NCBI GenBank assembly: GCA_051362555.1
Contig: CM120645.1
Location: forward strand, 6,634,001 to 6,698,000
Direction: 5' to 3'
Length of the DNA stretch: 64,000 nucleotides
From: Lingula anatina
Lineage: Eukaryota > Animalia > Brachiopoda
In this document: one piece after another, positions 55,001 to 64,000 of the stretch
How the letters are laid out: the number at the start of each line of letters is the position of its first letter
Position numbering within the stretch: the first letter of the stretch is position 1
Notes under the pieces: generated by a model
Database searches by the model: none
What the model saw: only the letters and a program-made list of their open reading frames with translations
Told to the model about the DNA's origin: nothing
Position numbers and translations under genes: made by a program

Positions 55001-58000
55001 GATGAATACGCTTATTAGGAGCATACATACAAATTACGTTCCTGGGAAAACAGTTAGTTTAGACTCCAATAATTTTCAGTCACATTTTGTTGAATTTCGA
55101 TGGCAATGGGTCATTTTCATTCGTCTATTCTGATATTGATACATTTTCACTCCTAGATTAACTCGTTTTGCTGCGGGTACCTGTAATGCGAAACAGCGTA
55201 CGATAATATTTTAACACAGGCGTTGTACTAGTATTTTGCTTGTATGTGATTATTGCATATTGTCAATATAAAATACAGAGGAAGCAAATGCCAGAAAATA
55301 TATATTGATAAATGAATAGAGAGAAAATTAAAGATAAAAGATGAAAGATGAAACTATATTGCCTGACTAAAATCAGCTATTGAATCAGCCATTATGACAG
55401 ACAGGGTGGGTGCGAGTTGTTTGCACAACCACAAGATGTGTTTTTTGTGTAAAAACACTCACTATTCTCGATTTGGTAAATACATACAGTCACTATTTTT
55501 ATTTTCGATAAAGTTATTATATCTCATAATACTGCAGCCATATACATATCATCATTCCTGCACACTATGTTTAGGCCTATGTGAAAGAGCATAATTCTTC
55601 TCTTACGATATGTGAATATTGTGTACCAAAGAATCTAGCATTCCTGCTGATTGAGTTTTCTCTAAGTTGTTATTTTCTTTACGAACCAGTTGCATGTCTG
55701 ATATAAAACCTGAGCTGACCTACTGTGTGTGGCTTAAAGCACAAGAAAGCATCTAGTGTTAACGTCACTAAGTAATATTGCTGGGATGGATATTGAACCT
55801 GTCCTCTAATATTCTTAATGGCACCTTCTGGATTTACGTGCTATCATTATCAGTCACTGCGTTAGGGTTCTGTTTACAGAAGGGCAATGGATAATGACCA
55901 ATAATAACATTTCAACGTTCTTGATTACATTTTAAGCACCTTTCTACTTCTTTTGTCAGTCTCTTTTGGAAAAAGCACATGATATAAGAACAATAATAAC
56001 TTATTCTATAACTCCATAGTTCAATACCAGTGCCTTTGACCAACACCAATCGCATAATCATGTCAATGGTGAGTTTCTTTTTTTAACGAATCATGGAATG
56101 TCTCTAGGGAGCGTGTGTGTATATATTGGCAAGGACCGCAGGGCAACAGAATTATTCCATATCACTTCTGGAACTCGGATTTCCAGAACCCTTTGGGAAG
56201 TGACCTTCAGGACAGTGGAGACTGTATAATGGCCCAGGAATAATACCAATAATATTTGAAATCTTGACTGTTCTTAGCCAACTTTGTTGGTAATTGTCCC
56301 TGTCTGGACAATATGGCGGCACGAGGTACTACAGAATCATTTACCCAGTGTCCGCTGGCAAAATATGACTTAAATGACAAAGGTGTTGATTTATGATTCT
56401 TCCTTTTTTTAGTGTTCTCCCTTTCTTCATTACTAGTGATAATAAAGATAATAAACTTAATTTAAAAAGAAGAAAAATATTTTAAGTGTATACACTTATC
56501 TTACACATGACCCTCTACTGTTTGTTTTACGATACACCCAGAAATACCTGTTCAATATTTGATTTTGAAATGACCACAATCTGCAGAGTATTGATATAAT
56601 GATACCAACATGTAAAGATAAAAGCGGTCTGGGTATTATTAAGCTTCTGTCAATGGCGGAAATATGCCTATTATAAATATAGTAATCAAATCTGCTTTGA
56701 TGTTCAGGCAAAAGTATTTTTTCTCATTGGTGGCAGTTTTCAGCGTTTATTTCAATATTAGATAGCATTATTTTCAATAACAGCCCATATTGCCTCGGGT
56801 AGTGATTAGATTGTGTTAGGACTGCCACATATATGCCTCTCTGGTAATCGCTCACAGATTCAATGTATTTTGTATTTTGAGAGGGAGACTGGAGAAGAAG
56901 AGGGAGGAGCACAGGGGAAGGGGAAGAATTTTCACTTCGCTTTGGAGAACAATTTATTAGGAACTAAATGGGGGGGAGCGGGGGGGGGGGGTAGAGGGCT
57001 CATGTACCTCTCTTATATAGTTAATCTGTCCCCTGGTCCGCCAATTGGTATCGCGTTTGTGTAAATTAACTTCAGGAAAAAAACATACACGACGCTCTGA
57101 GAAGTCTTTAGTTTGTATCAATTTTGGGCGGATCTGAATATCCACGTGATTCTTTCTTTAATTTCTTTACAAATTGAATGAAAGTTAAAGGCGAAGATGA
57201 CCTTGTTTATTGTGGTAAAGGAATCAAAACAGCGATCAATATCCGTTCCAATGAGTATTTGCGCCATTAATTCACCCCTATGCCTTTAAGCACAAGCGAT
57301 CCTGAACTAGAGACAGCTTATGCGGGTTATTCAACCGATACGCATACAAATCATACCGAACGCGTTCCACTGTAAAAATACCGGTTGCATAAATTGATAG
57401 ATGACGAACTAGTATTGCAACATGTGTCCAATTTAATTTTCCAGATAACATACGCATGTTATCAATCATTTTTCTTTGAAAGTAGTAAGCCTCTTAATGA
57501 ACCATATTATCCGATACTATCCGTCATAGGCCCTATACCAATTGGGGTGATGATTGACGACTTTGGAACCGGTTCCACAAAGCTTTCATTACGGCGTTTA
57601 TGTCTTTAATCTTAGTCTCATATGTAGCAGGCAAATTTAGAGAATGATACTCTATTGACTATCGTAGCTAACGATGGCTTCTCGGAGCTGCCTGGAGACC
57701 GTATGTGTAAGAGCAACACCCTGCCGTTCAGAGATATTTGAGAACAAACGTCTATTATAGACACGTCTATGTTGTTCTTTAGTAACTGGAGGATAGTTTC
57801 TTGTTATCTCTGAAACTCAGGGTACCTTTTAAGGCCTCTTTCGCGAATTTATGACATACGGGATCCACAAAATACGTAATGAAATGATATATATTTATAT
57901 GTTTAAAATGTGTTTTAAATTAGAATTGATATTCTTAAAAAAAAATCTGATACCAAAACGAAATCAAAACACAAAATAATATTTATACAAAGCACACACG

Positions 58001-60899
58001 GTAAATTGTGTATTGAGCGCCTCTTACAATAATAATGATAAAAATAACACATTAGCCGAGGAAACTGTATCAAAAATAGCACATGCGTATCTCTGAGCTG
58101 CACACATCATAATAGTCTAGTGGGATTTCCACAAAAGATGAATGGTAGGGGCATTTTGGGGTAAAAGTTGGGAACCAGGCTTATTGGTATAATTTTGGGA
58201 TGCTGAATCCGATTTACCCGGTTCCCAAGCGAAATTTTGCGTTTTTAACGGTCTTATTTGCAAAAAAACAAAATGGCCGCCAGATTTCCTATTTTCTGCA
58301 ATATCTCTGGAACTAGACAGGCAAATATTACAAATGAAGTGTCTTTACCTATATTTTCAGGGTCGAGGAACATTATTAAGATGTTTCTGTTAGAATTAGA
58401 TTTACGCAATTTTCCAAAATATGCAAATTAGGATCGCCATTATTGAAAAACAATTTTACTTCTGTATCTCTGTAACTAGGCAAGCAAACATGACAAATGA
58501 AGTGTCTACACCTATGTTATCAGGGTCAGGGAATGTGATAAATCAGATGTCTTGTCTTTTGGGTAGCACTGACTTTGTGAATCGTGTCCGAGTAGCACCT
58601 TTTATTGTTTCTTCCCTGTATCTGTCAAACACAAGTCAATCTGCTGATAGTTAGAACCTGCCTTCAGAACTGCTTTTGCGTTAACTAGGCAAGCAAACAT
58701 GACATATTAAGTGCCCACACCCATGTTTTTAGCATTAGGGAAAGTGATTAAGACATTTTCACTATAATCAAATCAGCAATGAGTGCTACACTGTCATACT
58801 GTAGCAATTATTCGAATCTGAATTGAATTTTGCAATTAAATACTGCGCTGCCATTGGGATGTAAACACATTGGATCACACAACTGCCCCTTTGACTTAGA
58901 TTTAAAAAATATTACCTTATTAATGCAATGGAGGGATTTGCCGAAACATGTAATTCATGTGATGCAATGTACAGACCTCACATTTAAAATGGATTTTTTC
59001 AAACATATTTTCTTTTTTTCCCATATATTAGTAATGGATGAAAAAAACACTTGTTATCGTGTTCGATATGGCTTTAATAAATCAACCCTTGTGAATACAT
59101 CATCAAAAATTTAATTTAAATAAGTATTCATATCAGCGTTATAAACAGCGCATGGATAATTTTATAGCTGATAACAACGAGGTATTAAATTCTTATGAAC
59201 TCGATATTATCAAGAATATCAGCTGGTAAGGATTTTCTCTCACACAAAAGAATCATCAAGACAAATGTGAAAAATGGAAACTGATAACAACGCGTGCAGC
59301 CTCTTCTAGCTGCAACCAGAGCCCTCATTCCATGCAGAGAGGTTTCTGAGAGTATGATCCAGTATTGTGTTACACGCATTAGTTAGAGATTGCATAAGCT
59401 TGTGCCGATTTGTAGGCTGGACGGGTAAACTCTTGATTCTGCTAGCGATTTATGCCCACTGGTTTTCTATAGAATTCATGTAAGGGGAATTTTGTCGGCC
59501 AAGGCAACTGGTTTACCTCTTGGTTTTGCAGAAAAGCAGTTATTGCATGGGCATGGTGTGGTCGGGCATTGTCATCTTGCAGGATGAAGTTGTCCTGGAA
59601 GTACCTTCTTGCAAATTGCAGCAAGTACTCTCTAAAATGTCCCTGTATTTTATCTGGTTGAAGTTTCCGTCAATTGCCACCAATATTGTTTTGGCTCCAT
59701 AGTGGAAACCTGCCCATACAGAGATACTGCCACGGCCACAAGTCACTGTAGTGTGACACAATCCTCGTGCAGTAACTCGTCTGGAAACCTACTGACTCTG
59801 ATTCAGCCATCGCGGTGGTGGAATTCAAACCCTGCCTCATCTGTAAAAATCTACATGAACCCAGTGCTGTGCCTGGAACCGCAAATGGCGTCTAGCCCAC
59901 CATGTTGCTCTGTTCATAGAGTTAACCAGCTAAAAGTAGCCTTGCATTCACTAGAGTTCTAGAAACATGCTTTTGAATGGTAATTTGCCACTCATTTTGT
60001 ACAGCAAGAGTTGTCTTTATCCGGTTGTTACAGCATAACCGCAGAAGCAAGCGGTATTCCCTTCTGGTGGTGACTTAAGGACGTCCTGGCCGTGGTGTCT
60101 GTGTTAATGCACCAGTCTGGGCGTGTTTCTGTAAGACGTTAGAAACTGCTCCCTAGGACACATTCAGCTGTCTGCCAATAGCAGTTTGCTTCTGTCCATT
60201 CTGACATAATGCAACAATAGTGTGGCAAGTCGCTGCCGTTATTTCACATACCGTAAGGTCAGCTAAGAGTCTGAAAAATATCAAACTCTTCTGACTGGAC
60301 GCTGCCGAAATAAAGAGACTTATTCTGCATAACTGCTGCCCTTTTATACGCATTCTGTAACCAGCCAAAGAGGACTGCTCAGAGAAACTGCCACATATTA
60401 CGTAATATAACCGTGCTTCAGAGAAAGCAGCCTAATGAACAATAACCAACACACCTGGCTACACATATACCTGACCACAATTGTCGTTTGTGATCGATTT
60501 TCCTTAAAAGTTAATTTATTATCAACACTTTCCTTTTAAACTAAAATATTCCATATTAAATGTCAATATGTATGTGTATACTTCAAGTACACTACGACAT
60601 CTCACCTCATTCATTTCAGCGATTTTTCCATTAGCTTATTACTGGTTACCCATTGGTATCGTTTCATTTTAATTAACAAAATTTCTTGAATTTTTGCTTT
60701 AATCTTCTGATATTCTATTGAATCCAATTAAATGATTGACGATACGAAAAGCATTTCTGTGTTAATAGCAAGTCTGAGCAGTTTCTCAAGCTTCTAAACG
60801 ATTTCCTTGAGGCCAAATCTGTAACTGGAAGGTTAACAGAAGACGTATTCTGCCCTGATGAAATTAAACTAAATGACTCCTCACCCAGTGGCGGATTGT

Positions 60900-60933
<34 letters not shown>

Positions 60934-63797
60934 CAAGGGGGCCCTGACCCCCCATTCGAATTCTGGTCCCCCCTTGAAATTATAATTTTGACCAGCTTAA
61001 TCATAGTTGTAAACCATACCAAATGGCACCGTTCGCCCTCTTAAATACCAAAATTTTTCGTGGCCCTTCAACAGGCCCCTAATCCGTTGCCAAGTGGGGA
61101 GGGGGGAGGCTTTGCATCTGCGGACTCCCCCTTCAAATAATCCTGGATCCACCTCTGCTCATCTTGCCTTATAATTGATGGGCAAGCACTGGCAATTTCA
61201 CTGGGAAGGTCTGACAATGCAGTGACCTTTGGTAGTTTGGCTGACACGTACGTAAGAGCAGTTCTGGAGGCAGGTTCTAACTATCAGCAGATTGACTAGT
61301 GTTTGACAGATACAGGGAACAAAACAATAAAATGTGCTACTCGGACATGATTCACAAAGTCAGTGCTACCCATCAGACAAGAAATCTGATTTATCACATT
61401 CCCTGACCCTGAGAACATAGGTGTAGACACTTCATTTGTCATGTTTGCTTGCCTAGTTACAGAGATACAGAAGTAAAACGGTTTTTCAGTAATGGCGATC
61501 CTAATTTGCATATTTTGGAAAATTGTGTAAATCTAATTCTAACAGAAACATCTTAATAATGTTCCTCGACCCTGAAAATATAGGTAAAGACACTTCATTT
61601 GTAATATTTGCCTGTCTAGTTCCAGAGATATTGCAGAAAATAGGAAATCTGGCGGCCATTTTGTTTTTTTTGCAAATTAGACCGTTAAAAACGCAAAATT
61701 TCGCTTGGGAACCGGGTAAATCGGATTCAGCATCCCAAAATTATGCTATTAAGCCTGGTTCCCAACTTTTACCCCAAAATGCCCCTTGCCTCTTATGCAG
61801 AGCCTTTTTTCAAAAATCTCACTAGACTATAAATATTACCCTACAGTAGCATATGTCTGCGTCTGTCTGTGTCTGTGTGTCTGTGTCTCAATTTTCAGAT
61901 ACACATGTTTGTTAAAGCGCAGCATATCAAAACGAACACCTGTTTCGTGACATTTTATCGTATTTGACATATGCCAGTTACAGCGCCTTGCTTCATAACA
62001 GTACATTGTATATATTTCGGCTACCCTGAGCATTTAGTCCGATGCATGTCAACTTTATTTTATAAACTTCCTGATTAATCAAAAATATTACATCGGATTC
62101 TGACAGCCAGCGGCACAAACGCATAACCAATCATCCGAGTTTTCCTTCAGTAAAAGTGCGCGTGACTCAGTGAATACACTACTAGTAGTCTTACATTTAT
62201 GATTGGCGTTGTACACGTCTATTTATAAACACAGACGCAACATGATTCCCCGGAAATTTAAAATAAAGAACCTAGTTCGCGTCAGCTTGGCACTCTGAAA
62301 CCCGTGTTAATTTTAATGGATTGTATCAATACTGTCATTCTTGTTTCAGTGGTGACCTCTGATATATACGGTGTAAGATAAGACATTGGCATTTGGCATG
62401 TTTCTATGAATTGTCTTGTCTCGAGGTCCACAAGTTCTGAGATTTCACAAGCAAATGTTTCCCAGGAGAAATCTGATGGCACGGTTAAAGTTTGATTCCT
62501 TTTCCGATCTCCATTACCTTTATTGTAAACCGTCCTCAGGGGCAGGAAAACAGAATCGAGGGACAAAAAGATCACAGCGTTCGGAGATTGCTAGCTTTGT
62601 GTGGAGTAATTGGGTGTTAGATTAGATTAACCAGATTGGACGAACTAATAGATGAGTATCTACAGTTGACTTTATGACCGGAACAAATTTACAATGTTAA
62701 ATAATCGTCTTGCTTGTTCAAGGGATGCGTATGTACCTATCCGAACAACTGGATTTAAGGTTTTTCGACAGTGGCAGGGTGGGTAGCGGTGGGATGGTGG
62801 GTGGGGGATGGGGTGAAGCAATCAAAGGCCATTTTATTGTTTAATTTGTGTTTTAATTTAAAATATTGATCGCCATTATGTGTTCAATCATCCAATCATC
62901 AATTAGTAAATGGCCATTTTGATGTAAACCTACCTACAAGTACCTACCTACAAGTACCTACCTACCTACCTGCCTACCTACCTACCTGTACATACATGTA
63001 TGTACCTACTTCACTGTTCCAGGTGACGCCATCGACTGCTTCTCTTGCGTCTCAGCCAATGGCTCCGACATTGGTTGCCATGATCCGTTCAACCCCGCCC
63101 TCAGCAGAGTGGAGAAAGCCTGTAGACAGGGGATGGAGAACAGATACGGCCTATTCCCTGCCTCCTACTGCATAAAGATTAAAGGAGAAGGAGGTGAGTT
63201 TTTGGAGTAGTGGTGTTTTGTCTCTGTGATGGGAGGAGGAGGGATCCTAAAGCAGCAGAATAGAGTCTTGACATAGATTTATTTTTTTTGTAGTATTGTG
63301 TTTTAAGGGAATTTTAACAGTAAAAGATTCAAAGAGGTACTCCTGAATAAAAGGAGCATACGAAAACTTCAATACGCGTACATCCCGCACACATACGACC
63401 AAAGATTTGTTAAAGTTTAAATTTGTTAAATTATGTTAAAGTCTTTTTCTCAATAATTTGCCACTGCCGAGTAGTCCCCTTCAGCGCATGAAGAGCTTGA
63501 AATTACAGACGATAATTCACTAACACGAAGAACCAAAATAACCAACTTACAAACTAATCCAAGTCTACACCATTATTTATTCCAGCGGTTTCAAAGAAGC
63601 AGATCTACGTCCGAACCTGCGCCATCGATACAATGGAGAACCAGTGCGGGGAGTTCCAGTTTGAGGGGGTTCTTTACAAAGGGTGTATCACCACGTGCAA
63701 GACAGACTCATGCAATACAGCACCTAGGACCACGCCCTTTTGGTCCTCTTTATTGGTGACTGTTATAGTAGTTCTGGTGCTTCTAAGGGTGAGGTGA
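49020..63797 (+). CDS. GPI-anchored Ly6/uPAR (three-finger, quiver/sleepless-like) protein, 144 aa, 3 coding exons
   Basis: Signal peptide exon plus two exons giving a 10-Cys LU domain (IDCFSC...CHDPF...CIK...RTC...CKTDSCN) and a hydrophobic C-terminal GPI-type signal; 435 nt in frame. Confidence 0.85.
52945..53123. mobile_element. ~180-bp MITE with ~45-bp imperfect TIRs
   Basis: ccagtgtaacaggaatggtagt... / ...actaccattcctgtcacaccgg; gttaggg-like motifs in the centre. Confidence 0.7.
59380..60270 (-). pseudogene. Decayed Tc1/mariner transposase
   Basis: HTH-like N-terminus (IVALCQNGQKQTAIGRQLNVS), PRPGRP, FTDE, GSISVWAGF, FILQDDNARPH, LPWP; stops and frameshifts. Confidence 0.85.
60886..61157. 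mobile_element. MITE (CAGTGGCGGAT...ATCCACCTCTG) nested in the long-TIR element
   Basis: Imperfect ~13-bp TIRs, poly-G interior; termini similar to 2008-2175. Confidence 0.6.
62928..63009. repeat. (ACCT)n-type microsatellite before Ly6 exon 2
   Basis: Direct reading. Confidence 0.8.
63023..63193 (+). CDS. Ly6 gene exon 2
   Basis: ttccag|GT GAC GCC: DAIDCFSCVSANGSDIGCHDPFNP...ACRQGMENRYGLFPASYCIKIKGEG; donor gtgagt. Confidence 0.9.
63586..63797 (+). CDS. Ly6 gene exon 3
   Basis: VSKKQIYVRTCAIDTMENQCGEFQFEGVLYKGCITTCKTDSCNTAP...SLLVTVIVVLVLLRVR*. Confidence 0.9.
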
Positions 63798-64000
63798 TCG
63801 TGCGGTACACTGTAACACCCATTTACAGAGACGATTCCATTAAATGATTGACAATGCCTAAGTTCTGCGGAAAACTGTTCATGACTGTTGTTTTGAGAGT
63901 GTAAACAGATTCTGTCCAGACATGACGATTTTCTTTTCATATCACAGACTAGAATACGCATGAGTAGTTCAGCACGATTACGGCGCCAGTGCGCGACAGC

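Larger units (their letters stand above)
58113..61829. mobile_element. Non-autonomous DNA transposon with ~570-bp TIRs (Academ-like)
   Basis: TIRs 58113-~58678 and ~61255-61829; termini TAGTCTAGTG...CACTAGACTA; 3-bp TSD TAA (58110-58112, 61830-61832). Confidence 0.85.

Noticed and set aside
54605-55018. Longest ORF in the track (137 aa), inside the Ly6 intron
   Set aside because: TTG start, no recognisable domain, intron-like composition and no convincing splice sites.
58421-61825. Paired ORFs MQIRIAI... on opposite strands and the 100-aa ORF at 61523
   Set aside because: Mirror translations of the transposon TIRs, not genes.
63674-63961. 95-aa minus-strand ORF
   Set aside because: Antisense to Ly6 exon 3 and its 3'UTR, with no independent support.

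Overview
AT-rich, intron-containing animal genomic DNA; the repeat types and gene structures suggest an invertebrate, probably lophotrochozoan/mollusc-like (inference). I reconstructed three genes by hand from GT-AG junctions with consistent reading frames. (1) A 7-PDZ GRIP (glutamate receptor-interacting protein) gene on the minus strand (34383->6188, about 1040 aa), with three candidate alternative first coding exons, two of which resemble the vertebrate GRIP1b (MPGWK..C, palmitoylated) and GRIP1a N-termini. (2) A head-to-head adiponectin receptor (AdipoR/PAQR) gene on the plus strand (36056-44231, 429 aa), with two tandem homologous last exons encoding TM7 and its Zn-binding HxxxH motif, plus a candidate polybasic/Cys-rich cassette exon. 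(3) A GPI-anchored Ly6/uPAR three-finger protein gene (49020-63797, 144 aa). Mobile DNA includes a Helentron-type non-autonomous element carrying a 14 x 146-bp array of nuclear-receptor-like motifs, a 3.7-kb Academ-like element with ~570-bp TIRs enclosing a decayed Tc1/mariner transposase, and several MITEs and microsatellites. Most entries in the ORF track are spurious.
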